The notes under the pieces: generated by a model
What the model saw: the letters and a program-made list of their open reading frames with translations, nothing else
What the model was told of the DNA's origin: nothing
Database searches by the model: none
Position numbers and translations under genes: made by a program
Part shown: one piece after another, positions 39,332 through 50,936 of the stretch
How the letters are laid out: every line of letters begins with the position of its first letter
How positions within the stretch are numbered: the stretch's first letter is position 1
Assembly (NCBI GenBank): GCA_045811665.1
Contig: JBJMTO010000197.1
Span: 6,613-70,612 of the forward strand
From: Bradyrhizobium sp.
GTDB lineage: Bacteria; Pseudomonadota; Alphaproteobacteria; Rhizobiales; Xanthobacteraceae
Direction: 5' to 3'
Length of the DNA stretch: 64,000 nucleotides

Positions 39332-39979
39332 TTATCTGACGTTGGCGAGCCGCATGTCGAGATAACCGGTCACCGTCTCCATCAACGGCTCCAGCTTGCC
39401 GTCGAAAAAGTGGTTCGCCCCGGGAATGATCTGCTGATCGATCACGATCCCCTTTTGCGTCTTCAGCTTCTCGACCAGCGTATTAACGTCCTTTGGAGGC
39501 ACCACCGCGTCTCTCTCACCATGCACGATCAGGCCTGACGAGGGGCAGGGCGCGAGGAACGAGAAATCGTAGAGGTTGGCCGGTGGAGCGATCGAGATAA
39601 AACCCTCAACCTCCGGGCGGCGCATCAACAACTGCATCCCGATCCACGCCCCGAAAGAGAAGCCTGCGACCCAGCAGGCTCGCGCTTCGGGATTGATAGT
39701 CTGCGCCCAGTCGAGCGCCGAAGCCGCATCCGAAAGTTCACCGGTGCCATGGTCGAATGCGCCCTGGCTACGCCCGACTCCGCGAAAGTTGAAGCGAAGC
39801 ACCGAGAATCCACGATGCGCGAATGCATAGTAACACTGGTAGATGATCTGGTGGTTCATCGTGCCGTGAAACTGCGGGTGCGGATGCAGCACCATCGCGA
39901 TAGGCGCATTCTTCTGCTTCGCCGGATGATAGCGGCCCTCGAGACGGCCTGCGGGGCCGGTGAAAATAACTTCAGGCAT
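39332..39979 (-). CDS. Alpha/beta hydrolase
   Basis: HPHPQFHG, FNFRGVG, GFSFG and ANHFF motifs; divergent from the suf cluster. Confidence 0.92.
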   Translation of the reverse strand: MPEVIFTGPAGRLEGRYHPAKQKNAPIAMVLHPHPQFHGTMNHQIIYQCYYAFAHRGFSVLRFNFRGVGRSQGAFDHGTGELSDAASALDWAQTINPEARACWVAGFSFGAWIGMQLLMRRPEVEGFISIAPPANLYDFSFLAPCPSSGLIVHGERDAVVPPKDVNTLVEKLKTQKGIVIDQQIIPGANHFFDGKLEPLMETVTGYLDMRLANVR

Positions 39980-40310
39980 TGATGGTCCTTGGCAAATCAA
40001 TCCCGCTTTGTGCTGGTTCTGGCTTGCGCAGACAAAACATGCATCGAGGGTTGATTGGGCGCCGTGAGGCGAGACGCGACGGCGCTTGGTGAACTCGTGG
40101 CGCGTTCTACCATGGGGCGAGGGGCAAAAAGCAAGGGTTTTGTGCGCCTTAGCGAGGTCGCAACGGGCTTAGTATAGAAACGTGTGGTCGATCGCCATCG
40201 ACCATGACAAGGCCTCTGGAGTTAGCGCGGGCTGCACCATTCCAACGGAACCTACGTTCGCCGGCACCGCGTAGCCGTTGGCCCGAATACGAAAAGTGCT
40301 AAGACGGCCT

Positions 40311-41468
40311 ATGCCCGACCGCGTCTATCTGGACTGGAATGCCACCACGCCGCTGCGCCACGAGGCCAGGGAGGCCATGGCCGCGGCGTGGGATCTCTCG
40401 GGCAATCCCTCGTCGGTCCATGCGGAAGGGCGGCAAGCGCGGCGGATGGTCGAGGACGCCAGGGGAGCTATCGCAGCCGCGGTAGGCGCGCTCCCCCGCA
40501 ATGTCATTTTTACGTCAGGCGGAACCGAAGCTAACACATTCGCTCTCACACCAGGGCTGATGAAGGAGTCCGGATCTCCAGTGCAACGGCTGCTTGTGTC
40601 GGCCATCGAACATCCTTCCGTCATGGCCGGGGGACGATTTCCCCAGGGATCGCTCAGCACCGTAGAGGTAGCGCGCTCGGGCGTGCTCGATCTAAGCCGT
40701 CTCGCAGCCGCGCTCCACAAACCACCACCGGCGCTGGTTTCGATAATGTTGGCAAACAACGAAACCGGGTCCATTCAGCCGGTGGGTGAGGCCGCGGAAA
40801 TCGTCCACGCCGCGGGTGGATTGCTGCACGTCGACGCGATTCAGGCGTTCGGGAAGATTCCGGCCGATATCAATGCTTTAGGCGCGGATCTGATGACGAT
40901 TTCCGCACACAAGATTGGCGGCCCGAAAGGGGCCGGCGCACTGATTGTGGCGGAAGGAGTGCAGGGGCTGGCTCCGATCCTGCGCGGGGGCGGCCAGGAG
41001 CGGGGGTACCGCGCTGGCACCGAGAACGTTGCCGGAATCGCGGGCTTTGGGGCCGCCGTAAGGGCCGCAGTGTCTGGGCTACCCACCGAGGCGATCAGGT
41101 TGGAAAACTTGCGGAGGAAGCTGGAGACCGGCCTGCGGCAGGCCGCCGGTGTGATCGTGTTCTCGGAGGAGGCGGCGCGCTTGCCTAACACGACGCTGTT
41201 TACGGTTCCTGGGCTCCGGGCCGAAACCGCCGTAATTGGCTTCGATTTGGCCGGAATTGCCGTGTCCTCAGGCTCTGCTTGTTCCTCTGGCAAAGTACAA
41301 CCATCGCATGTACTGGAAGCGATGGGATTTGGCCGCGAAGTTGCCAGTGGAGCGGTGCGGCTCAGTCTGGGCTGGTTTACGTCAGACGCGGACATCGATC
41401 GCTGCCTGGAGGCTTGGCGAAAGCTCGCCGGTACCCTAACTAGAGGAGAGCGACGAAACACGGCTTGA
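40311..41468 (+). CDS. Group I (NifS/IscS-like) cysteine desulfurase
   Basis: YLDWNATT, SAHKIGGPKG and SSGSACSS motifs. Confidence 0.93.
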   Translation: MPDRVYLDWNATTPLRHEAREAMAAAWDLSGNPSSVHAEGRQARRMVEDARGAIAAAVGALPRNVIFTSGGTEANTFALTPGLMKESGSPVQRLLVSAIEHPSVMAGGRFPQGSLSTVEVARSGVLDLSRLAAALHKPPPALVSIMLANNETGSIQPVGEAAEIVHAAGGLLHVDAIQAFGKIPADINALGADLMTISAHKIGGPKGAGALIVAEGVQGLAPILRGGGQERGYRAGTENVAGIAGFGAAVRAAVSGLPTEAIRLENLRRKLETGLRQAAGVIVFSEEAARLPNTTLFTVPGLRAETAVIGFDLAGIAVSSGSACSSGKVQPSHVLEAMGFGREVASGAVRLSLGWFTSDADIDRCLEAWRKLAGTLTRGERRNTA

Positions 41469-41528
41469 ACGGTTCTAAGCAGGTGATTTTCGCGCCGAAA
41501 CGTCGTAAAGCTTTGGAATTGATCCACC
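41463..41528. promoter_or_regulatory. Two ICE (Irr box)-like elements upstream of sufB
   Basis: GCTTGAACGGTTCTAAG (41463-41479) and TTTGGAATTGATCCACC (41512-41528), compared with consensus TTTRGAAYNRTTCYAAA. Confidence 0.55.
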
Positions 41529-41559
41529 GCGGTCCTTGAAACCGCGAGCGGAGGATGGA

Positions 41560-43041
<1,482 letters not shown>

Positions 43042-43097
43042 ACGTCGTCATGCCGCGCCTGCGAAGGGTCGTTGGATGACAGGTTAGGAAATAAGAA

Positions 43098-43850
43098 ATG
43101 GCACTACTCCAAGTCAAAAACCTGCAGGTTCGCGTCGAGGATCGTGAGATTCTCCACGGGCTGTCGCTGACCGTGAACAAGGGCGAGGTCCACGCCATCA
43201 TGGGACCGAACGGGTCTGGAAAGTCGACCCTGAGCCACGTGATTGCGGGCAAGCCGGGCTACGAAGTGACGGCCGGGGAAATTCTGTTCGATGGCGAGGA
43301 CCTGCTTGAGATGTCGCCGGACGAGCGCGCCGCGAAGGGCGTGTTTCTCGCCTTCCAGTATCCGGTGGAGATTCCCGGCGTCGCGACCATGACGTTCCTG
43401 CGAACAGCATTAAACGCGCAGCGCAAGGCCCGCGGCGAAAGCGAATTCTCCACGCCCGACTTTCTGAAGAAGGTTCGCGAGGTCGCGGCACGATTGAACA
43501 TTCCGCAGGAGATGCTTCGGCGGGGCGTGAACGTTGGATTCTCCGGCGGCGAAAAGAAGCGGAACGAGATTCTGCAGATGGCATTGTTCGAGCCCAGCCT
43601 GTGTGTTCTCGATGAAATGGATTCGGGGTTGGACATCGACGCGCTACGGATCGCCGCGGACGGGGTCAACGCACTGCGCTCGCCTGATCGGGCGATGGTC
43701 GTGATCACGCATTACCAGCGACTGCTGAACTATATCGTGCCTGACTTCGTTCACGTGATGTCCAGAGGTCGGGTCGTGAAGAGCGGCGACAAGCAGCTTG
43801 CACTGGAGCTCGAAGCTTCCGGGTACGCGCAGTTCGAAGACGCGGCCTGA
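43098..43850 (+). CDS. sufC: Fe-S cluster assembly ATPase SufC
   Basis: GPNGSGKS, FSGGEKKR and DSGLDID motifs. Confidence 0.97.
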   Translation: MALLQVKNLQVRVEDREILHGLSLTVNKGEVHAIMGPNGSGKSTLSHVIAGKPGYEVTAGEILFDGEDLLEMSPDERAAKGVFLAFQYPVEIPGVATMTFLRTALNAQRKARGESEFSTPDFLKKVREVAARLNIPQEMLRRGVNVGFSGGEKKRNEILQMALFEPSLCVLDEMDSGLDIDALRIAADGVNALRSPDRAMVVITHYQRLLNYIVPDFVHVMSRGRVVKSGDKQLALELEASGYAQFEDAA

Positions 43851-43867
43851 GGTTTGAAGCGGATTTC

Positions 43868-45193
43868 ATGATGAATGTTGCACTGGCAAAAGCCGAAACC
43901 GAACGCACGGGCGATGCCTTCACCGTCGCGCGCGACCGGCTGCCCGGCAGCGGCAAGGTCGCGGAGTTAAGGCGAAAGGCGTTTGAAAGCTACAAGAGCA
44001 TTGGCCTCCCGCACCGGCGCATCGAGGACTGGAAGTACACCGATCTGCGCGTACTGATGCGGGAAGTACTGCCGCTTGCGCCGGAGCCGGATGCGGCGGC
44101 GCTGGCACGGGCAGCGACTGCCAGCAAACTGCATGCCATTAAAGGCGTGCGCCGGCTAGTACTCGTGGATGGCGTGTTTGCGCCAATGCTTTCCGACGTC
44201 GGCGATCCCGAACAGGGGCTGGTCTTTCGCACGCTCCGTGAGGCGCTGGAGGGCGGCGATGCCAAGCTGCAGGCCCAGTTGTTCCAGCCCGGTGATTCCG
44301 ATCCGATGGTGGCGCTGAACGCGGCGATGATGACCGACGGCCTGGTGATCGAGGTCGCCGATAGATCCGCGCTTGCCCAGCCGCTCCACATTGTCCACGT
44401 CGCCACCGGCGGGCAGCCGTCCGCGATGTTCACCCGTTCCTTGCTCAGGATTGGCAATGGCGCCGCGGCGACGCTGGTGGAGAGCTATATCGCCGATGCC
44501 GGCGCGAAAGCGTATCAGGTTCATGACTCCCTCGTGGTTTCGATCGGCGACGGCGCACGGCTTGATCATGTGCGTCTGATCGAGGACAGCCGCGATGCCT
44601 TCAATATCTCGTCGGCCTCGATCACGTTGGGTGCAAAAGCCCATTTCAACACATTTGCCCTGTCGAGCGGGTCGAGTGTCAGCCGCTATCAGGCGGTCAT
44701 AACGTTTGCGGGCGAGGGATCGCGGGTCGAGACCAATGGAGTCAACCTGCTGAACGGGCGTCAGCATGCAGACAGCACGCTGTTCCTGGACCACGCGGTG
44801 CCGAACTGCGACAGCCGCGAAATCTTTCGCGCGGTCGTCGACGAGCGCGGACATTCGGTGTTTCAGGGCCGCATCATCGTTCGCCCGAACGCACAAAAGA
44901 CAGACGCCAAGATGATGACGCGGGCGCTACTTTTGTCCGACGAGGCCGAAGCGGACAACAAGCCGGAACTGGAAATCTTCGCCGATGACGTAACCTGTGG
45001 TCATGGCGCGACCACGGGCGCGCTGGATCAAAGCCTGCTGTTTTATCTTCGCGCGCGCGGCCTTTCCGAAAAGGAAGCGCAGGCACTCCTGATCCAGGCA
45101 TTCGTAGGCGAGGCGATCGAGTCGATCGCCAACGACTCCTTGCGCGAACTGGCCGTGTCGGGGGCGGAGCGCTGGCTGGAGGCACGGGGATGA
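43868..45193 (+). CDS. sufD: Fe-S cluster assembly protein SufD
   Basis: EDWKYT and KPELEIFADDVTCGHGAT motifs. Confidence 0.96.
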   Translation: MMNVALAKAETERTGDAFTVARDRLPGSGKVAELRRKAFESYKSIGLPHRRIEDWKYTDLRVLMREVLPLAPEPDAAALARAATASKLHAIKGVRRLVLVDGVFAPMLSDVGDPEQGLVFRTLREALEGGDAKLQAQLFQPGDSDPMVALNAAMMTDGLVIEVADRSALAQPLHIVHVATGGQPSAMFTRSLLRIGNGAAATLVESYIADAGAKAYQVHDSLVVSIGDGARLDHVRLIEDSRDAFNISSASITLGAKAHFNTFALSSGSSVSRYQAVITFAGEGSRVETNGVNLLNGRQHADSTLFLDHAVPNCDSREIFRAVVDERGHSVFQGRIIVRPNAQKTDAKMMTRALLLSDEAEADNKPELEIFADDVTCGHGATTGALDQSLLFYLRARGLSEKEAQALLIQAFVGEAIESIANDSLRELAVSGAERWLEARG

Positions 45194-46437
45194 CCATGCA
45201 TCCGGCTGTCCTGAATGGCTCATATGACGTAGCGCGAGTCCGGGAAGACTTTCCGGCATTGTCGCTCAAGATCTTCGGCAAGCCGCTGGTCTACCTGGAC
45301 AACGCCGCATCGGCGCAGAAGCCGAACTTCGTGCTCGATCGCATGACCCAGGCCTACAAGACCGAATACGCCAACGTGCATCGCGGACTGCACTATCTCG
45401 CGAACGCGGCGACGGAGGCCTACGAAGGTGCGCGCATCAAGGTCGCACAGTTCATCAACGCCGGGCGCTCTGAGGAGATTGTCTTCACCCGCAACGCCAC
45501 CGAGGCGATCAACCTTGTTGCGTCGTCCTGGGGCCAGGAGAATATCAAAGCCGGCGACGAGATCGTGCTCTCCATCATGGAGCACCATTCCAATATCGTT
45601 CCCTGGCATTTCCTCAGGGAGCGCCATGGCGCAGTCATCAAGTGGGTCGACGTCGACGATGAAGGAAATTTCCTGCTCGACGAATTCGAGAAAGCGCTGA
45701 CCCCGCGTACCAAGCTGGTCGCGATCACGCAGATGTCGAACGCGCTGGGTACGATCGTGCCCGTCAAGGACGTTGTAAAAATTGCTCACGCCCGCGGCAT
45801 CCCGGTGCTGGTCGACGGAAGCCAGGCCGCGGTGCATCTGGCTATCGACGTCAAGGACATTGACTGCGATTTCTACGTCTTCACCGGTCACAAGCTGTAC
45901 GGCCCGACCGGGATCGGCGTGCTCTACGCCAAGCACGAGCATCTGGTCGCGATGCGACCCTACAACGGTGGCGGCGAGATGATCCGCGAAGTGGCCCGGG
46001 ACTGGGTCACCTATGGCGACCCGCCGCACAAGTTCGAGGCCGGAACGCCTGCGATCGTAGAGGCGATCGGTCTGGCTGCGGCAATCGACTACGTCGGTTC
46101 GATCGGGAAGGAGCGCATTGCCGCGCACGAGCACGATCTGTTGAGCTACGCCCAAGGGCGACTGCGCGAGATCAATTCGCTGCGTCTGATCGGCACGGCT
46201 CGCGACAAGGGACCGGTGATCTCGTTCGAGATGAAGGGCGCGCATCCGCATGACGTCGCAACCGTGATCGACCGCCAAGGCATCGCCGTGCGCGCGGGCA
46301 CGCATTGCGTGATGCCGCTTTTAGAGCGGTTCAACGTGACCGCGACGTGCCGGGCCTCGTTCGGCATGTATAATACCCGTGAAGAAGTCGACCATCTGGC
46401 ACAAGCACTGGTCAAGGCGCGGGAACTGTTTTCATGA
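45190..46437 (+). CDS. sufS: Group II cysteine desulfurase SufS
   Basis: YLDNAAS, GHKLYGPTG and RAGTHC motifs. Confidence 0.96.
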   Translation: MTMHPAVLNGSYDVARVREDFPALSLKIFGKPLVYLDNAASAQKPNFVLDRMTQAYKTEYANVHRGLHYLANAATEAYEGARIKVAQFINAGRSEEIVFTRNATEAINLVASSWGQENIKAGDEIVLSIMEHHSNIVPWHFLRERHGAVIKWVDVDDEGNFLLDEFEKALTPRTKLVAITQMSNALGTIVPVKDVVKIAHARGIPVLVDGSQAAVHLAIDVKDIDCDFYVFTGHKLYGPTGIGVLYAKHEHLVAMRPYNGGGEMIREVARDWVTYGDPPHKFEAGTPAIVEAIGLAAAIDYVGSIGKERIAAHEHDLLSYAQGRLREINSLRLIGTARDKGPVISFEMKGAHPHDVATVIDRQGIAVRAGTHCVMPLLERFNVTATCRASFGMYNTREEVDHLAQALVKARELFS

Positions 46438-46805
46438 GCGATACCGCTGAAGTCAAAACCAGCAACATGGAGACTCAATCGGCACTGCCGCCGGAGGAGA
46501 CCGAGCGGCTGGGCGCCGAGATCGTGGCGTCGCTGAAGACGGTGTTCGACCCGGAAATTCCGGCCGACATTTACGAACTCGGCCTGATCTACAAGGTCGA
46601 CATCAAGGATGATCGCAGCATTGATGTTGTAATGACGCTTACGACCCCGAACTGTCCGGCGGCCGGGGAATTGCCGCAGATGGTGGAGAACGCGGTCGCC
46701 AGCGTGCCCGGAGTGGGCATAGTGAACGTCAATCTTGTCTGGGACCCGCCCTGGTCCCCGGATCGAATGAGCGACGAGGCGCGCCTCGTCCTGAATATGT
46801 GGTGA
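46434..46805 (+). CDS. sufT: SUF-associated DUF59 protein (SufT)
   Basis: DPEIPADIYELGLIY, TTPNCP and WDPPW motifs. Confidence 0.9.
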   Translation: MSDTAEVKTSNMETQSALPPEETERLGAEIVASLKTVFDPEIPADIYELGLIYKVDIKDDRSIDVVMTLTTPNCPAAGELPQMVENAVASVPGVGIVNVNLVWDPPWSPDRMSDEARLVLNMW

Positions 46806-46809
46806 AGCG

Positions 46810-47220
46810 ATGATAGACATGACGCCCAAACCTTCGACACCCGGCTCCAAGCCGAAGCCACGGCCGCGCCCGCAAGTGATGAAGCTGACCGAAGCCGCCG
46901 CGCAGCGGATTGCGGAGCTGACCAAGCGAGCGGACTCGGAAATCGTGGGATTGCGCGTCGGCATCAAGAATGGCGGCTGCGCAGGGCAGTCCTATACGGT
47001 CGAATATGCCCATGATATCCGGCCGACCGACGAGGTGGTCGAAGACAAGGGCGTCAAGATCCTGGTCGATCCCAAGGCGGTGCTGTTTCTGCTGGGCACC
47101 GAGATGGACTACAAAGTCGACAGGATGTCGGCTCAATTCATCTTCAACAATCCCAACCAGACCAGTGCCTGCGGTTGTGGCGAGTCCGTGCAGCTCACGC
47201 CTGCGAAGTTGGACGGCTAG
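46810..47220 (+). CDS. sufA: A-type Fe-S carrier (SufA/IscA/HesB)
   Basis: GGCAG and CGCGES motifs. Confidence 0.92.
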   Translation: MIDMTPKPSTPGSKPKPRPRPQVMKLTEAAAQRIAELTKRADSEIVGLRVGIKNGGCAGQSYTVEYAHDIRPTDEVVEDKGVKILVDPKAVLFLLGTEMDYKVDRMSAQFIFNNPNQTSACGCGESVQLTPAKLDG

Positions 47221-47264
47221 ATACGGTTCAGCGCGTCAGGCTGATCGACGGCGAGCCAGCGCCC

Positions 47265-47717
47265 ATGGACCGCGACTTCCTCCTCGACCTGTTCTCCGAC
47301 TTCGGACCTGTGACCATCCGGCGGATGTTCTCAGGCTTTGGCATTTCAGTCGACGGCGTCAACTTCGCGCTGTCATTGCGGGGTGGACTTTATTTTCGGG
47401 CCGACGATCAAACGATCCCGCGCTTCGAGTCGGAAGGCTCGACGCCGTTTCAATATCAAACCAGGGCCAAGACCGTCACCGTCGCCTCTTACTGGCGGTT
47501 GCCGGAACGGTTGTATGACGATCCGCAGGAGTTGACGGGGTGGGCGAGGGATGCCCTGGCGGCGGCGCAACGAGCGGCGCTCTCGAAGAGAGTTGGATCG
47601 CGCAAACGGCCCAAGCGGCCCGCTAAAAAACAAACGAAGGAGAAGGCAGCTTCGCGCGCGCCCGTGCCCGCCTCAAGCTTGATGCCTCGAGGGCGCGGCA
47701 GGATTGCACCACGCTGA
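47265..47717 (+). CDS. TfoX/Sxy N-terminal domain protein
   Basis: RRMFSGFG, LYFRAD and SYWRLP motifs; basic C-terminal tail. Confidence 0.85.
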   Translation: MDRDFLLDLFSDFGPVTIRRMFSGFGISVDGVNFALSLRGGLYFRADDQTIPRFESEGSTPFQYQTRAKTVTVASYWRLPERLYDDPQELTGWARDALAAAQRAALSKRVGSRKRPKRPAKKQTKEKAASRAPVPASSLMPRGRGRIAPR

Positions 47718-47741
47718 CGGAAATACCGCCACCAGTGCGGC

Positions 47742-48809
47742 TCAGGCGACCTGACACTGCATTTCGGCCGCGTATTCGGGGTCGGCTTCACAGATGACGC
47801 GGTTGCGGCCGTTGCGCTTTGCGGCGTAGAGGCAGGCGTCGGCGCGTTCGATCAAGGCATCGGTATCGTCGCCCGGCTTGAGCATCGACACGCCCACGGA
47901 AATAGTCACGCGGCCGAGAATTTCGCCGCTGGATTTTTTCTTCAATTCTTTCGCCATCACGGCGCGGCGGATGTGGTCCGCGACCGTCAGTGCCTGGCGC
48001 AGGGCGGTATTGGGGAGCACCACAGCGAATTCCTCGCCGCCGTACCGCGCGGTGATGTCCTGGCCTTTTATGGTCTGCTTCAGCGACATGCCGACCAGCC
48101 GCAGCACCTGATCGCCCGTGAGGTGACCGTAATTGTCGTTGAACGATTTAAAATGATCGATGTCGAACATCATCAGCGAAAGCGGCTCGCCGTTTGCGAG
48201 AGCAGTCTGCACGGCAGCCTCAATGGATTGGTCGAAATGTTTCCGGTTGCCTAGCCCGGTCAGCGGATCGGTGAGGCTTTCGGCGCGAATAGCTTCCAGA
48301 CTCTGATGCAGGTTGCTGATCTCGGCTTTGGAGAGTGACAGCCGGTCCTGAAGCGCCTTGTTGGTGTTGTGCATCTGGCGGGTGGAGGCCAGCAGCGTTT
48401 CGGCGATCGCCTTGACCTGCTCACGTGTGTGCGCGCCGGTGAGCTGCTGCGTGGCGCCGGACAGGGTCGCATCATAGCTGGTCGACATTCCAAGCGCGTC
48501 GCTGATCAGCGACATGACGTCATCGATTTCGCCGATGACGCGTGCGCCTACCTTGTCGATACGTTCGCTGGTCTTGATCTGGGAAAGATAGGCGTCGTAG
48601 ATCTGCTCGAGATCGGCTTCGGTAAGCTTGCCGTTGCGCGCCAGCGTCTCGTTGATAATCTGGTTGAGAGGCGCGTTGTATCCGGTCGCGTAGACATACC
48701 AGATTTCATAATTGCGAGGGACGGCGGTTTGTCGGAGGCACTTGATCTGGCCCAGCGCGACTTCGGCGAAAGCCATCGTGCGCTCGTGGTCGTCAAGCAA
48801 CTTGATCAC
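47742..48809 (-). CDS. GGDEF diguanylate cyclase
   Basis: DPLTGLGN, DIDHFKSFNDNYGH and RYGGEEF motifs; GTG start inferred. Confidence 0.92.
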   Translation of the reverse strand: MIKLLDDHERTMAFAEVALGQIKCLRQTAVPRNYEIWYVYATGYNAPLNQIINETLARNGKLTEADLEQIYDAYLSQIKTSERIDKVGARVIGEIDDVMSLISDALGMSTSYDATLSGATQQLTGAHTREQVKAIAETLLASTRQMHNTNKALQDRLSLSKAEISNLHQSLEAIRAESLTDPLTGLGNRKHFDQSIEAAVQTALANGEPLSLMMFDIDHFKSFNDNYGHLTGDQVLRLVGMSLKQTIKGQDITARYGGEEFAVVLPNTALRQALTVADHIRRAVMAKELKKKSSGEILGRVTISVGVSMLKPGDDTDALIERADACLYAAKRNGRNRVICEADPEYAAEMQCQVA

Positions 48810-48926
48810 CCCTTGTCCCCAAGCAGCGTGACACCGCTGGCCGCATTTGCAGCAGTGACGAAGCGCTCGCAAGTTAACGGACGGAAATGAACGACCCGTA
48901 AACGGCTGCTCGCCTTGGCTTGGCCG

Positions 48927-50414
48927 TCAGACTCTGGCGCGAACGGGACGCAGCAGAAACGCCGGCAGATGCGAGTGATCGGCAGGTTCTGACGATGAAT
49001 CGCGAGACGTCTGCGGTGTCGGCTCGCGGCCGATCGAAGGCGTTCGTGACGGTGGCGGCGGGACCGGCGGGCTAAATGCCGCAACGGGAGCCTGCGTTTT
49101 TGGTTCGGAGTGGCGATTGGTGTTTGATCGCCGCGGCTCGCGCTCGCGGCGGGGCTTGCGGCCGCCGCGTGAACCCTCACGTGCTCCTTCTCTTGCACCC
49201 TCTCGGCTCCCATCGCGTCCACGCGATCGCCGCGGCTGTTCGGTCTCGGCGGTAGAGACGGATTCCGAGGTATCGTCGGCAATGCTGTCGGAGCCAGTGT
49301 CGATGCGCGGAATGTTTTGCCCGATCAATTTCTCGATCGCGGCGATCGACTTATGATCGAGCGGCCCGACGATGGAGATTGCGGTGCCGGCGCGACCGGC
49401 ACGACCGGTTCGCCCGATGCGATGGACATAGTCATCGGCGTGATGGGGCACGTCGAAATTGAAGACGTGGCTGACCGCCGGAATATCCAGGCCGCGCGCG
49501 GCGACGTCGGAGGCAACCAGAAGCGGGATTTCACCTTTGCGGAATTGATCGAGCGCCGCGGTGCGGGCCGACTGATCCATGTCGCCGTGCAGGGCACCGA
49601 CACTGAAGCCATGCTTCAAAAGCGACTTGTGCAAGAGCGCAACCTCGCGCTTGCGATTGCAGAAAATGATCGCGTTGTTGAGGTCTTTTGCCTCGCCCAA
49701 CAGGCGGCGCAGCGTCTCGCGTTTTTGGTGCGGCTCGCGCCCGACGCCGACCTGGAATTGGGCTACTCCTACGGCGGTGGTCGCGGGCCTCGAAACCTCG
49801 ATCTTTTCAGGGTTGTGCAGAAAGGTTTCGGTGATGCGTGCGATTTCGGGCGGCATGGTCGCGGTGAAGAACAGCGTCTGCCGCGTAAACGGAATCATCT
49901 TGCAGATCCGTTCAATGTCAGGAATGAAGCCCATGTCCAGCATGCGGTCGGCTTCGTCGATGACCAGAAGTTCGACGCCTGTAAGCAACAGCCCGCCGCG
50001 CTCGGTATGATCGAGCAGCCGGCCGGGAGTTGCGATCAGCACATCGACGCCGCGGGTCAGCTTGACGTCCTGGTCGCCGAACGAGACGCCACCGATCAGG
50101 AGGGCGACATTGAGCTTCTGGCCTGCACCATATTTGTCGAACTGTTCCTTGACTTGGGCCGCCAGTTCACGGGTCGGTTCCAGGATCAGGGTTCGTGGCA
50201 TTCGCGCCCGGGCACGGCCCTTTTCAAGCAGGGTGAGCATCGGCAGCACGAAAGCAGCAGTCTTGCCCGTGCCGGTCTGGGCGATGCCGAGAACATCGCG
50301 CCGCGCCAGAACGTGGGGAATCGCTTGTTCCTGAATGGGGGTCGGGGTGGTGTAGCCGGTGGCCGCAACGGCGGCGAGCACCTTTTCGGACAAGCCGAGA
50401 TGGGAAAAGGACAT
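48927..50414 (-). CDS. DEAD-box RNA helicase
   Basis: AQTGTGKT, PTRELA, DEAD, ARGLD and HRIGRTGR motifs. Confidence 0.96.
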   Translation of the reverse strand: MSFSHLGLSEKVLAAVAATGYTTPTPIQEQAIPHVLARRDVLGIAQTGTGKTAAFVLPMLTLLEKGRARARMPRTLILEPTRELAAQVKEQFDKYGAGQKLNVALLIGGVSFGDQDVKLTRGVDVLIATPGRLLDHTERGGLLLTGVELLVIDEADRMLDMGFIPDIERICKMIPFTRQTLFFTATMPPEIARITETFLHNPEKIEVSRPATTAVGVAQFQVGVGREPHQKRETLRRLLGEAKDLNNAIIFCNRKREVALLHKSLLKHGFSVGALHGDMDQSARTAALDQFRKGEIPLLVASDVAARGLDIPAVSHVFNFDVPHHADDYVHRIGRTGRAGRAGTAISIVGPLDHKSIAAIEKLIGQNIPRIDTGSDSIADDTSESVSTAETEQPRRSRGRDGSREGAREGAREGSRGGRKPRREREPRRSNTNRHSEPKTQAPVAAFSPPVPPPPSRTPSIGREPTPQTSRDSSSEPADHSHLPAFLLRPVRARV

Positions 50415-50936
50415 TGAGCCTCTGGTGGAAACCGCCGCTTGGAATCCCGGAAATAACTGTCTCGCTCAACCCCGGAACGGCACGCAAATTTGCTCGGGGT
50501 GTTGGATACGCAGACAGGCGGCTTACTCAAGATATCGCGTTTCGATACCGGGCCGCGTCGATGCGGAACATAGGGGCGAATTGGCCAAAGTCAATGGAGC
50601 AGGCGCGGGAAGTACCGAAAAACCTTAACGGTTCTGCACAATTACTGGCCCAGCAGAGGGATTATCCATGTCCGCGAAGGCCAGTGGCTTGTTAGTCTAT
50701 TACACGCGCTGGTGTCGTTCGGTCCCGCGATAGCTGAGGTCCGGGTTGGGATCGGCTCGACCGTGCCCGATCCGCAGGAACTCTCAGCCGTACATCAAAC
50801 TCGCGCCATCTACTTGTTTCAGTCGAGTTGTCCTGTCGCGATGAAGCATTTCCGAGATCAAGAGCTTTCCGCGTTGAGAGAACAACGCGGCGCTTTCCGG
50901 GCCCGTGCGCTTAGGTAGCCGGCGCCAACGCTACAG

